A stretch of DNA of 64,000 bases from assembly GCF_024521635.1 (NCBI RefSeq), contig NW_026250412.1, positions 1-64,000 on the forward strand. Reading direction: 5' to 3'. The notes beneath the pieces are model-generated. The model was not told the DNA's origin, ran no database searches, and was given only the letters and a program-made list of their open reading frames with translations. Below, one piece after another: positions 40,150 through 55,213 of the stretch. A program made the position numbers and the translations under genes. Numbering within the stretch: the stretch's first letter is position 1; every line of letters begins with the position of its first letter. Source of the stretch: Tricharina praecox. Its lineage: Eukaryota.

Positions 40150-40470
40150 ATGGGGGACACCTACTGTCACTTTGTAAACATCAAATTCATGTCTCCAGCA
40201 CGGAAAAAACCCCCGCGTGGTCTAGTGGTCGGTCTAGGCCTCGCAATCGGCGAGGGGAGTTGAGGGAACGTTCTGACTTCCACCCAGGTAACTGACCTTT
40301 GTATTCAGCTCTTGTGGGTTTCCAAGCCATCCAATGGGGTGGGGAAGGTTTCTGTTTTTATTTTTCACAAGTTTTGGCTGGGCGGAGGTAGCATTAGGTG
40401 GATATCACTCGGCGGTATCACGTGTTATTCCCTTTGATGGACTTGATCATCGATGGAAGGGAGGAAGCAA
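40150..40470 (+). repeat. Dispersed repeat copy 2 with tRNA-like core
   Basis: CAGCACGGAAAAAACCCCCGCGTGGTCTAGTGG...GAGGGGAGTTGAGGGAA...TTTCCAAGCCA...GGATATCACTCGG matches the reverse complement of 21725-22060. Confidence 0.8.
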
Positions 40471-41201
40471 AACGGATAGATGGCGAGTGACACAACTCAC
40501 CCTACAGGGGGGGTAAGTAGATATACAGATGGATCAGGATTGGAAGATGTGTATGTTTTCTCCACCTCCGGTGCGTGGGCGACGTTGTGGCGGAGTGATG
40601 GAGTACATAGTACCTACAATGGCGGTGGGATATGTAGAGTAGGTAGTCTACGGTGCTTTAGTATCCGCGCTCAACCTATTTACTGAGAGTCTGAATAGGT
40701 ACCGCCACGGCTTGATCAAGCCCCGCACTACTAGTTGGGCTCCTCGTCCGCCGCCGAGATACACCATATACTGCTACTAGTAGTAGTACGGTGTACCTGC
40801 TATGATCCACTATTAACCTTCCTTCGCTTAATCACCCGCCTGCTGCCGCCAAACGTCCGTCGATCATCGCTTCGGAAAACGCCTGCTTCCAGACAAGCAC
40901 TGATTCGATCATAGTTAAGCCAGATCTCAGACACAAACGTACATATCACGTATCTGGTTAAACCATGTCAGATTACGGCGTCCGGAGAACATGAAGGATC
41001 TCTCCTCATTTCCGTTATAAGGAGATGGAGAAGTTTCAAGGAGCTCTGTTTTTGAAGGGTCAAGGGCTCGGTCATGCGAACTGTATCTGGGGGTGGAGAT
41101 GTGTGGTCTCGCCGAAGGGTCTATCTCTCAATGGCACACATATTCTGTATATTTAGAAGGGCACGGGCCCGTAGTAAACGAAGAAGCCGACGTCATCCTC
41201 A

Positions 41202-41568
41202 CGCACAGCGGCCAGAGCAACAAAATTTGGCCAATGGCGCATGCATGCCTCAACTGCATGCATGGCCGGAGGAAAGACCTTCGCTCTGAAAGGAAGAAGA
41301 CCTCCGCGCATAATGTGGAGGGATAGTAAACCACGTTATACGCGCATAACTTAGGGCGGTAGTAGACCGAGTTATACCTTCTTTAGTTTTGTTGTTTTCT
41401 CGTCCGATACCGCCTGTAGCCCTGTTTCGGAGGCATGGGCCTTGGCCATGCATGCGGCATGTCTCTCATACATGACATGCATGGCCAGGAGGAAAGACCT
41501 TTGCTCTCTCACAGCAAAGGAAGAAGACTTCCACATATAACTTGAGAGGGTAATAAACCAAGTTATAC
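41202..41568 (-). repeat. Hairpin-ended repeat copy 2 (41202-41352) and partial, more diverged copy 3 (~41478-41568)
   Basis: Aligns by eye with 33196-33343. GGAGGAAAGACCTT...AAAGGAAGAAGAC...TAAACCA.GTTATAC occurs twice. Confidence 0.85.
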
Positions 41569-44052
41569 TTTCTTATTTTTTTTCTTCCTCGTCAACACGA
41601 AACCGTCTGTCACCCAGTTTCGGAGAGGCCATCCAACGGGAGCAAGTCGGCTCTCACCCGACTTGGACCCCCGGAGGAAGGGGGAAAGAACTTTGCCGGC
41701 AGCAGAAGAGAAAACCCCGTCCTTGGATCTTTTCTGCTCAGCCTCGAGGGTTGGATCCGTCTATGGGTGCAACAGTCTACTTTGTAGACCAGCTGCACGG
41801 ATCCCTCAGTTCCTCGCTATTACGGCTGAGCAGGTTAGCTCTGTAAGGTTATCCTAGAAGTAAGAAATGGGGGGGGGGGGGGATGACGTATCTTGAGGTT
41901 TGATCCCGAGATCAGGTGGAAGGAAGGAAGGGAGCGAGGAAGGCGAATGAAGGAAGGAAGGCGAATGAAGGAAGGAAGGAAGCTGTGGTAGTTGTAAAGA
42001 GAAGGAGAGAATGAGGAGCAGAAGAGGGGGTTTTTATAAGTGATTTAGGAGCCGCGAGGTTCCAAGCCAGTTTTTGCCGCGGCTGGAGGGCTAGCTAGAC
42101 CTTACCAAGACTTGCTCATCCGATGTGAAGAGCGAGCACAAGTGACGACCTAATCGCTGGAGACGGGTCGATCACCTCGCGCGCCGAACAAGTCACAAGA
42201 GCTCGGCTTGATCCTCCGCTCCCCCTCAGTTAACCATTCCTAGGTTGCAAGTATTTATCCGAGTCATCCGTGGAATGGAGGGTGCCTACGGAGTGATTTC
42301 GCAACGAGATTCCACGTCGCGTCTGCAGCAAACGAGTGACAAACTATGCAGCGCAGCAGCAGCCATCGCGCGGCCGACCCTTGGAATGGCTCTTGGATGC
42401 TCTTGTTGGCGACCGTATTACCAACCTCGGGAGCCACGCACTACTGATGATGGGGCCGGGACTTGCCATGCATCAGCGCTTATCACGACTAAGCTCTCGT
42501 GCGGAGGCCCGAGGGCAGTGATCAGTCGCGTGGTGTCCTACTCTAGTTTTCGCTCGCCCCCCCCCTCCGGGCCCTCCCCCCCCCCCCCCCCCCCCCCGCG
42601 ACTCTACACGTGGCGGGAGTGATAAGATCACCGCACGCCTAACTACTAGCATTGTCTGAGTTCGTGATTTCAAAACCGCTGTGTCACCGCGAAGTTCGCG
42701 ATGAGCGAGTGAGCAGGCGCGCACTGAGGAACCGAGATTCTAGATTCGAAAAACTACCGTTGGGCGGACGAGCTGGTTCAACAGCTGAAGCTGAGGCTGG
42801 AGCTGGTAGATTACCCGTCGATAGTTCCAGCTTCCGTCGAAAAGGTACTGTAGACCCCGCTCTGGGCCCATCCGGCCCATCCGGATTGTGAATTTATGAT
42901 CCACGCAGTACCGCCGTGTGGGATACGTGAGCTGCATGCTTACTCTTCACAGCTGACAGATAATGAATTGTACATCGCTCTAGATCTCGCTCGGTTTTGG
43001 AGAGCAGGAATAATATTGGTAAGCTTGCTATGGCTTGCTGTGGCTTGATGATGTGATATTGAACGAGAATCGCAATAACCAGCGATGGCGAGGTGCATCG
43101 GGCTTATTCATGCTAACTATTACAATTCAGTCCTTTCTCGAATCTCGTGATCGACCGTCGGTCCGTTGCTGGCTCGCATGGACTCAACGATCCACGATCA
43201 ACTATCACCCGAACCAAACGTGGAATTAGATTATCGGAAGTAGAATCAAATGAAATCCCTAGAATATAAAGGTACCGACGTATTGTATGGATCAGAAAAA
43301 CCCCACCTAGAGCCACAGCTCATATTTCCAAATTCCTTCAGGCGGTTGGGATACCGGTATCGCCGCATCGGCCAGTTGATCTCCTGTTACCATAACACTT
43401 CTCCGCGCGTTTCCAGCCGCAGCCTGCGGAAGATTTCTATGATACCGGTACGCTTGTTACGGGGGGGGACTGGTACGGGAGCGGGCTTTGGCGCAGCATC
43501 GCAGGGCTAGATTGCCGCACACTAACGGGTGGGGGGGGGAGGGGGGGGGAAATCATTTTATTGACGTGTCTATAGACCTAAGTAGATCACGACGTCCATA
43601 CTAAAGAGATCCACCGCCGCGAGACTAGCTAATCGGGGTCTCTCGCCTGCCCGTGAGAGAGAAGTACACTATTCAATAAAAAAACAAAAGAAAAGAAAGT
43701 TAACTCCAACCAATTCACACCTTCCGCACCCGCTGCTCCCGGCCGCACACTAACTTCACACGTGTCAACCGTTAGCTTTGGCGGGGTGCCGTACGGCGCG
43801 GGCCAGCAGAGCGGGACGACGGAGTGTGCTTTCATAAGATATGGAATCTGCATTCCCTCGTGTATTTCTCGCCGCATCTCTACGCTCCCGATAGATATCC
43901 CAACTCCCAATCCGCAACGCAACCCAACACCAACCCAACCCCACGATAACAAAAATGATCGAACCAGCGCCTGAAGAAAACTGCAACCCAGCGAAGATAA
44001 AGAAATGGACAATGACATGGAAGAAAGAAAGAAAACGAAAAAGAAACACTGA

Positions 44053-46200
44053 TCAGACCGAGTTATAGTTCATCTTCCCCTTCATCCGTCGGTACGCAAA
44101 CAGGCCGATGATCTTGTCCATCCACAGGGCTGCGGCGGGTTAGCGAGGGTACGGGGAGGGGAAGTGGTGGGGGAGCTTACTGATAAACATGACAATACAC
44201 ACGACGGGGATAGGCCACGGGCTCGCGATGAAGTCATCATACATGAGAGGGTCCGCCTTAATCCTCTCGAGCAGACAGAAGGTGATACCGACGACGAATC
44301 GGAGGGTGACGGCGATGTAATCCCAGACGTCCTTCTTCCTGCGGACGAAGAGGCCGAACAGCCCCAGCATGAAGAAGATGCACCCGAACGCGGTAAAGAA
44401 GTATGTAAACACGAAGCGGTAGACGGCCGTGATGTCCTTTGAGGGATCGTAGTCGGGCGAGAACGGGTCAAGGAACGTCTGCTCGGTCTTGGCCTTCGGC
44501 ACCTTGATCCCGTAGAACTCGGCGTATCCGCGGAACAGGTCCGTCGTCACGTGGCCCAGCGTTGTCTGGTTCTCGACCGACCAGCTGTCGATCGGAAGGT
44601 CCCGCAGATACGGGATCTCGTCCACCAAGAGGTAGTACTGCTTCAGGATCGTCTTCGACGTCTCGTCGTGGTACAGGTACTCCACGTACTTGTCGATAAT
44701 GTCGAGCGTTTGGTTCTTGAGTGCATCGCGGCTCAGCGTGCCGACGTTGTTGAATTCGCGGGAAATCACGTGCTGCGCCTGTAGGTAACTCCAGTAGGTC
44801 GTCCACTGCCGCAGCCCTTCGACGGCGAGCACGATCGACAGGTGGTATGGAAAGTGAAGCACCGCCCAGAACTGCTGTCGGATGGTGCCGTAGTGGACGC
44901 CTCGCGGGGTGTAGTCGAAGTAGAACATGTAGAGCATATACTAGTTTTCCCGTCAGCAGTCAACCCCCCCACAGTGCACACTCCCGGAACAACCAGGGGA
45001 TACTCACAATCACCATCACCGCAGCACCGACGATGCAGAAGATACTCGCGCTCCATCCGCGGCCGTACGCTGATCCCTTTTCGACCACGTTCACGGCCTT
45101 GAGCATGACGATGATGCCCTCGCCGATGACGATGAGCGTCAGGAGTCCCATGCGCTCGACGAGATGCGTCATCTTGAAACTAACAACTTTCCACACCGCC
45201 GACGTCACTAGCACGGCGATAACCTCGACCGCGATCACGATGAACATGGCGATGTAGGCGCGGGGCTGTGTGCCGTTGCGGAACACGAAAAAGAGCTGTT
45301 ACGGAGACTGTCAGTCACTCCAGTCCTATGTCTATGGTGAGGGGGCTCATACACCGAGGTAAACGGCACCAGCGATAAACATCATTGCGCTGTGCAGGAT
45401 CAACGGCAACATCCCCTTGTTGACCCTCCGGGCATACCCGGCGGCGACACCATACTGGATACCCAGTGTGAACCTCGACGCCATGAGGGTGATGGCCATG
45501 AACTGCAAGTTCGCAACGGTGCTGGGAAGCGTGGTATCCATAGGATTCCAGTTGGTCGAGACCGACGCGAACCCGATCATGACGGCGAAGTGGATGGCCT
45601 TCATGCATCGCTCGTAGACGGAGTCGACAGAGAAGCGGATGTCGTACAGCGTGGTCTGCAGCCACGAGAACCACAAGATGATGAAGAAGAAGATGTACGA
45701 GATTAGAGCTGCGCGGAGACACCATCTGTCAGTTAGGGCGGTCCCACCGAGCAACTTGGAGCCCACGAGCTTGCGGGGGGTTCAACTGACTGTTGTAATC
45801 GGTCATGTAATGCACGGAAGTGATGGTGGTCAGATTGGCAACGAAGAACAGATCGTAGAACAGCTCTCCGGAGGTGGCCTCTTCGGCCTCAATCTCCTCG
45901 TAGAGGATCTCGTCTTTCTCGGCCACATTCGACACGTTCTGCACCTTTGTGGGGCCTGCTGCCTCCTCCGTGGTCCGCAGCGGCTTGTGTACGTGCTCGT
46001 CATGGTTCGTGTGGAAGAAGTGGGTGAGAGGACTCGCGATCCACGGAAGGAGCTGGCCTTGCCGCTGCTTCAGGCGCTGTCTAGAGAACGGTGAGTGACT
46101 GGCTGGCTGGTGGTTTCGAAGGTCGAACTTACTGCGCGCCAGCCTTGGGCGTGGGCTTTTGACCGAATGTCATTGCCATTGTAGGACGTCTCATTGCCAT
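44053..46200 (-). CDS. LtrA-like (low temperature requirement A) multi-pass membrane protein, multi-exon
   Basis: EATSGELFYDLFFVANL, W.QTTLYDIRFSVDS and HLVERMGLLTLIVIGEG motifs, many hydrophobic helices and canonical introns. Ends ...KMNYNSV*. The start is uncertain because two acceptor AGs near 46080 give different first-exon frames. Confidence 0.88.
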
Positions 46201-47773
46201 TGTAGGGCGTGTTGTGCTCGGAGTTGCTGCTGTAGATGCTGACTCTGCCCCGCTGGTGGGATCGACTGTGTGAACGGGCTGGCTGGCTGAATACTCGGCG
46301 GGGAGATGAACTCGGTCTTATAATTCCTTCCCCGTCGTCAAAGTAAAGCAAAGCGGAGTAGCCCGAAAGATTTCGGCAGACAGCTGTGGGGTGGTTACTC
46401 CTAGGCACCTGTGTTGTGTCGAGCTAGCAGCTTCACCGGTGGGGTCGATGCCAGTACACACATACAGGTTGGGGCTTGTCTCTAATTCAGCGCAGTCAGC
46501 ACGATTACATCCCGGTGTCGCGCCAATGTAATATCGGTTTTGTCAGGCCTAGTCTGGTCTCGTCTGGCGGCCGTCGTGGTGGTGGTGATGGTTCCCTGAG
46601 GAAAGTCGTTTCAATCCGAGCTAGTCAACTGTTAACCAACTACCAGTAATAGTAGCAGATGTCCACGCTAGTTAGCCATGCAACTTATCACAGGTCCCAG
46701 CAGGTCTCATATGTACCGTAGCTATCTTACTTACATATTCGTTTACCTTGAATAAAGTCGACGGGGTGAAAGGTAGGCACATGGCGTTCTGTCATTGGTG
46801 ACGGACCGACGGGCGTGGATTTGTTGTTGGCGGGGTTTTCGCGCGTCACTCCCTGTGAATATTCCCCTCCAATATGCTTTTCCGGCGAGCTCAGGGTCTC
46901 ACTTTTCCCCGCTCCATTTCGGCAGTGCGAGACCAGCCCTCCAAAAGATAGAATTCGACTGTGAATGGCAATTGTTCATCTCTGGTGAGTCATGTCTCTC
47001 AGTTCTAACTAACTACCCTGTGTAGAATAGTAGAGTGGAGTACTCGGCAACTCAGCCCTGCCGACCGGGATTCGGCAAAACGACATTCGAAACAGAAATC
47101 CCCAAAGGACATACAAACCCAACAGCCAACCCCAGCATTACACCTGCCACTTCTCTAAGCCCTGGGACCAATTGACCATGCCAATCACGCAGCGGGTATA
47201 AACAGATAGAGTACAATATACCTACATAAACTATATGCAGTACCGGCATCATATGCCGCCCTCAGAATTGTAGATTCCTACTAGCAGTTAGTTTCCTACA
47301 TACAGCCCTACATACCCAGCTGAAAGCCCTAAAATAGCGCACCCGTCGTGGAGTCGTGGATCGTGGTCTGTCGGGAACCGAGCCCTACAGCACTGCCCAG
47401 CCCGTTGCCCGCAGATGTTCTCTATGGTGCCGGACACTTTAACGGGCTAGCGTCTTGGTATATCCAATGGAGGTGGGCCCGCCAAGATGTCGAGTGCGAA
47501 CATATGATCCCACCAAAACCTATGGCGGTAAACCAATATTTCAGCCAGTTTTTGTTCGATTAACTTGACTTTGGTTCGTCCTATTGGGCTACTCACCACC
47601 ACTTCAGCCGTGCCCTCGTAGACCCACTTTTTTCTTCCGTGTGTATAAGTTGTTTGGGTACTCATCAATTTCACTCGATCTGTACTAATATGGCTAGCGT
47701 CACGTTTAATAGGGTCTAGCGTATGTCCAATGGCATACCCCCCTCACACAAAATACCCGACTTTTCAAGTCCC

Positions 47774-47889
47774 ACTCCTCTCCACCAACCACCAATAATT
47801 TAATTTTGAAACCGTAGAACCGTTCTAGAAATACTACTCTATCATTCTACGGTTCCAAATAAATTCTTTTTGTTGTGGTGGAGAGGAGT
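47774..47889. repeat. Fold-back / MITE-like inverted repeat (~46-bp arms)
   Basis: ACTCCTCTCCACCA...AACCGTAGAA pairs with TTCTACGGTT...TGGTGGAGAGGAGT. Confidence 0.75.
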
Positions 47890-50800
47890 AGCGGTCGGCG
47901 CTGGGGGTCATTTTTCGTCCCTCGCTTGCCCGTTAAAGCGTCCGGCACCATACATCACCCCCGCCCCCAGCCATCGTGACAATTAACCTCCCCGGCACTG
48001 GTAGGCACAGGTAGGTACCCTATTCTCCCTCGGTGAGAAAACTCAAATCCGTCATACATACGGTAGGAATGCTCGCTCGCACGCTCGCTCGCGGCTAACG
48101 ATCCATGCACGGGCAGGCCGCAGGCAGCAGCAGGAGAGCTGCAGCCGTGTAATTACAATTCAGTTTCAACCGGCGGCGGTCGATGGCGCAGACACGAATG
48201 CTACCGGCCCATATACAATAGCACTTCGCGACGGCTCGGCGTACTCTACATAAGTAAGAAACTTTTGTCACTGGGGGTCGGCGGTCGGCGGTCGCGACTC
48301 GCGCATGATCTTGGCCGTCATCGCTTGGCGGGTGTAATCCGCTTCTATCATAGGTAGTAGGTACGCTACGTTACGTCCGTGCGTGCATTTTCACTCGCCC
48401 ACTCGAGCGAATGCTGAGTTTGACTGAGTGGCTGACTGGTTGCTTGATTGACTAAATGCGCCGCTGCGGCACTGCGGCGCTGCGGGGTAGTATTTGGAGT
48501 ATTATCGGGCTATTTTCGGCGGGCGGGCGTCGCGCGGGAGTGGGGCGTCGGCAACCGAACTGAGATTTAGAGATTCGGAGATCGAGAGCTGAGAATCTGA
48601 GATCGAGAGCTGAAGAAGAAAGAAAGGAAGAAAGAAAGAAGAAAGACAGAGTTCGCCCGTCGCTTACCTCACATAAATCGCTTTCGAAGTGCAAAAACAA
48701 CGCCACCAATTGCGTGCTACGTTGCTATGCACACCCACAGCCGACCAATTGGTGATGATGATAATAATGATGATGAGGAAACAAGCTTTTTATTTTGAGC
48801 CGGGGGCATGCCGCGTGCGTTCCTCCTGCCGTGCGACGGGCTCCCCCAAATACGGTACTTACTATACATACGCGGTGCAGTTGAATCTCAAGGCCGTCGC
48901 GACGGGTGGATAAATGCCGTGATCAGTAAACGGAATACGGAATACGGTATGCACATATCTACTCGTACGGAGCTTTTCAGTGAGCGCAGATGCTCGCGCG
49001 GCCGCCGGCGGCCTGACATCAGCGTTGCGCTGGCACTGTGGTGGTGGTCGTGGTGGTGGTCGTGTTCGTGGCTCCAGGTGCCCCCCGCATCCTGTTTGAT
49101 CGATCGAAAGCTCGCGACCAGAAAAGATCATTAATTCAGATTCGGCTTCAGATTCAGCTGAAGTCGACGACCGTGTTGCGGTATACGCTGCAACAACGTG
49201 CGCTACTACTACTACTAGTAGTACTACTAGTAATAGTAGTACGATGGTAGGTACTAGGTACTCGCTCCTCGGTGATCTGCAGGTTGCTGCCTATTCGTGC
49301 ATATTCCCTATGGCTGACCGGAAACCAGCGGCCAGCCAGCGCTGTTACAGGTGTACCGTAATAACTATATCTACATACTCTATTCCTTTCGACACTCAGG
49401 TGTCTGGTTGGATACCGTATTTAGCGTGAGGACATGGCTGCTTATGTACATACCGTGCGGTACATTATCGGTACATAACGACTGGAGACTGGAGTCTCGG
49501 GGGGGCCGGCGGGGACGCTTCAACGTTCTTCGTCCTCGCCCTCGTGAGTCGTGCCGGCTTCTGCAGTACCGCAAGTCTGCAACCCTCTCCCGGCCGGTTC
49601 TGCGTCGTCGCTGCTGAGTGTGTTCTTATCAAACACACAATTTCAAAAGCATGCGCGCCAGACCCTGACCAGCGACCGCCGATTGGTCTGTAGTCGGTGA
49701 TCGGTGGCGTCCGGAAGCGAGTGGAGTGGAGTTGAGTGGCTGTGCGCCCCCCAGTCGGGTTATCGGACTATCGGGCCTCCCCTGCCAGCTTACCCCCGCC
49801 AAAACATCTTGGCCTCTGCACTGCGATTCAGCCCTAAGCTTGGCGGCTTGGCCTTCAGCTGTGCCGGTGCAACTTTCATTTCCCGTGGCTTGGTCGGGAG
49901 TCGGGTGGGGGCTTGGAGTGCATTGAGTGGCGTTCATCCCTGCCTCGCTGCTCCCCTGCAGAATACCTTATGTACTGAACAATATGTAGAAGCGCCACGA
50001 CGTATTTTGTGCAGAAGATTGTGCAGAAGACCAGAAGTTCAGCAGTCTTGGCAACAACTTCAGCTTCAACTTACACGATTATATCTTCTGGCGCATGCAG
50101 TCCGGCAAACGCCAGTTCCTTGGCGGCTCTGTCCGTGATGTCTACATATGCGATGGCCATCGATGATCGGATCGGGCCGAATCTTCGGGGTCGACAGGCG
50201 TGGTGCACGGGGGAGGGAGGGATCATGCCTCGCTCGGCTTGCCGGTTGAATGCTGGATGCGGGTGATATTGGGATTCGGGATTCGGGATCCCGGCCCATC
50301 CGTTCTGCGCGGATCGTACAGTAAAGGCCTTCTTCCTTCGTCGTGGCTACCGACTTGGTCTCAGGTACCCGCTTTCTTCTCAGGTACCCGCTTTCTTCGT
50401 TCTTCTTCGACCAGGCCCTCGAAGTCTCTACCCGACTACCTACACGTAACCGACGGCCCGACAGACGCCACGATCTATATACCGGTAGGTCGCTGGTATT
50501 GCGACTGAACAAACGAAATCGACGAATGCATAGCATAATGACGCAGCGCAGGAATGGAGACTCTGTGCCTTCTACATAGAAGAGGGATTATCGCTTCAAG
50601 GAACAGGTAGGAACATGAGCACTCAGCACTAACGAGGTTTGTTGGTCTGTTTGTCTGTAGATCTAGTAAAGGCCGAGAGAGAATACTATATAGTTTATTG
50701 ACATAGCCTTACTATGATAGTTACTAGACTATGGCGAACAAAACTGCATACCCAACCATGCCTGCCTGTTGTATGCCAGTACTCTGACGGGGAGCGAGCT

Positions 50801-51075
50801 GGGAAGGGCCATCGGCACGTGACGGGCTGACACTGCACGTGAGGAGGCTGGAGGAGGCTGGAGGAGGCTTGCGGTATGATGGATGGCTGGAGTCCACACC
50901 GAGAACGAATCTGTTTCTGGCAGCGCTCGCAGACAGCTACACACGGTGGTTTCCGAGCGGGAGATAGACGGAGAGCATTTTTCTGATCACATCACACTTT
51001 CGTTGAGTCCGGCAGTGCCGTGCATCACTTACCGCACTGTCGCCGCTGTCGACGGTCGAGGTAATGTGAAGATGA

Positions 51076-52736
51076 TAGCGGGACTGCGACATAGCGAGCG
51101 TCAGTACTACTACGCATAGCTAGGCGAATCGGCGGCTCTCTCGCAAGCTTTTGAAGCACAAATCACAATTCAAAGAGCAAGCCCTAACGAGTGATCAGCG
51201 AACAGGAAGACCCGAAGAAGCCGACGCTAGCGTATGAGAGTCTTAGCGCCGCCAACAAAACCCTACTTCCTCGACACCTTCCTCTACATCTTCCTCTCTT
51301 CCTCTACATCTTCCTCCCTTCTTCCTCCCTTCCTCTCATCTTTTTGAAAAAACACTAACATACCATCAACACAACAATATCATCAGCCCCCGGTGGCCTA
51401 ACTTGAAGAACTTCTGGATCCTTCAGCAATGCATCGATCAAGTACGCTTCGCGACAGCTTCCTCGCGCCACCTGGGGATTTCGCCGTTGGCCCATTCACT
51501 AAAATGTTGGGGGTCACGGCTCCCCAGGTGGCTACAGACTACGCATCAGCTGTTCTCCGACAGAGGATATCCGATCCTCGCACCAGCGTCGCTGCTGGTG
51601 CCGGCGCTTGAGTCGGAGAACCTCGAGCCGTGGAAGAAGATCAGGTCTGCGGGTTTCCCCGCAGAGTCCTGACCATCAGCACTGCTGTGCTGTTGTTTCC
51701 CGGCTGAGTGAGTATTTCCCTCCGATTCAACAGTACTCTTGTGGTGTGGTGGCCGACTTCGAACGAACGAAAACTAACGTCAAGAAGGAGTTACTCGAGA
51801 GAGTATAGACACTGTTCGTGCCGGGTCGCGGTAAGAACCTGCACACCACCATGAGGCATCTGATGATGATATGGTCGCTGACTGCTAGAAGCTAGTAGGA
51901 TAATAGAGCGTACCCGTGGCCTGCGGGCCGAGCTTCGTGCCCATAGCCTTCACATCAAAGCAACCACTGCACTCAATCCCGACTCAAGCGAAACATAAAA
52001 ATATGATGAAGATACCGCTCTTCAGAACCTTCGAACGCATCAAAAAGGTTGCCAAGAAGGCAGCAAGGGCGTCGGTGCTTTTCGTGCCGAAGCGTGGTAT
52101 GTACTATCTGCTCACCACTCACCATTCGGCATTTAATCATGGTCGCTGACTGCTAGAAGCTGGTCGGATGCCGAAGGGCACTCGCAGCCTGTGGGCTGAC
52201 TCGCGTGAGCGAGACCAGATGGATGGTGCGTCTCTCGAGACGCATATGGGATGGTAGGGAGTACTAGTACTCCTATCAAAGCGGGTCTTGGTGAAGCTAG
52301 TGAGGAGAAGGGTGCTTCTCCTGACAAACTACTTCCACGTAAGCATCCTCGAAACACGAACCTCGGCAGTGGAGACACCAATCGCTGACATGAGTACTCA
52401 TAGCATGAGCGACTACATTCTAGTCGCGGCCCTTGAAGAAAGCTTTTTACTTGAAAGCTTTTTTTTTGGCTTAATGATAGTTTTTTCCTTGCTGCTTGCA
52501 GCGAATAATGTTGTTTCTTTGGCTGCTGGCGAGAGGATGAAATTGTTCGTTTACGAGCTTGCTCTCTTCGGTTGCGCTGCTTGGCTTCACGGCAGTGCTT
52601 CATTGTTGAATTCACTTCACTCCCTACAGCCGGTATTAGTGATTCAAGAAGATATTTTTACACAGCCTACTATGTCATGAACTAGATAATCTTAAGGCTT
52701 CTTGATCTGCAGCCGATATCGGCATCGTCATCGATC
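51076..52736 (+). repeat. Left arm of large inverted duplication (near-identical 51076-52399, diverged ~52400-52736)
   Basis: The same ORFs recur on the opposite strand at 61615-62364. The inner part matches 60140-60470 and 60617-60635. Confidence 0.97.
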
Positions 52737-53131
52737 CGACGTGCTGTCGCCAGCACTCGCCAGTGTCGTAATATGTCACTCGTTACTTAGTCGCTTACGC
52801 GGTCATGGCGGCGGGAAGCACTGGCCACCTACCACCCCTCTTTTCTGTCTTCCCTCGAGGCTTTCACAATCCAGTCTATACACAATAACAATACTTATTC
52901 ACACATTCCAACAGCCAGTCCGCCGGAAGGAGCGAGTGCCGCCAGAACCGAGACCCTCAGCCTACAGGTCGGCTCTATGAAAATCACAGATTGCACCCCG
53001 GAAGCTATTCGTACACTTCGAAGGTTGCTTCTCCTCGCTTTGGATATTCGTGCATTTCGTCATACTAATAATACAGATTGTATGTACGAGTTCCTGTCCC
53101 CGTATGCACATCCCCGCTGCTTCCTATCTAC

Positions 53132-55031
<1,900 letters not shown>

Positions 55032-55078
55032 CGGCGCTCGTGATGCATTGAGTTCAGGTTCGAGTTGGAGCTGGAAAT

Positions 55079-55213
55079 CCGGGGAAGCTGGGGAATCTGG
55101 GGAATCTGGGGTAATCAAGGTTAAGGTTATCTCATGTCGCCTGCTGAAACTCGGTAAATGACAGGTCCTCGGCCGGGATTTGTCCGGGGAAATAACCATG
55201 GATTGATCCGGGG
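55079..55213. promoter_or_regulatory. Cluster of six SYGGRG (CreA/Cre1-type) motifs upstream of the esterase
   Basis: CCGGGG 55079, CTGGGG 55088, 55097 and 55106 (9-bp period), CCGGGG 55184 and 55208. Confidence 0.5.

Noticed and set aside
41600-42045. Minus-strand gene suggested by a TATA box, CT-rich leader and intron-like signals
   Set aside because: No ATG-initiated ORF of convincing length or content follows.
51076-52399. RIP signature in the duplicated arms
   Set aside because: The arms are near-identical and not AT-shifted, and the few differences show no run of C-to-T changes.
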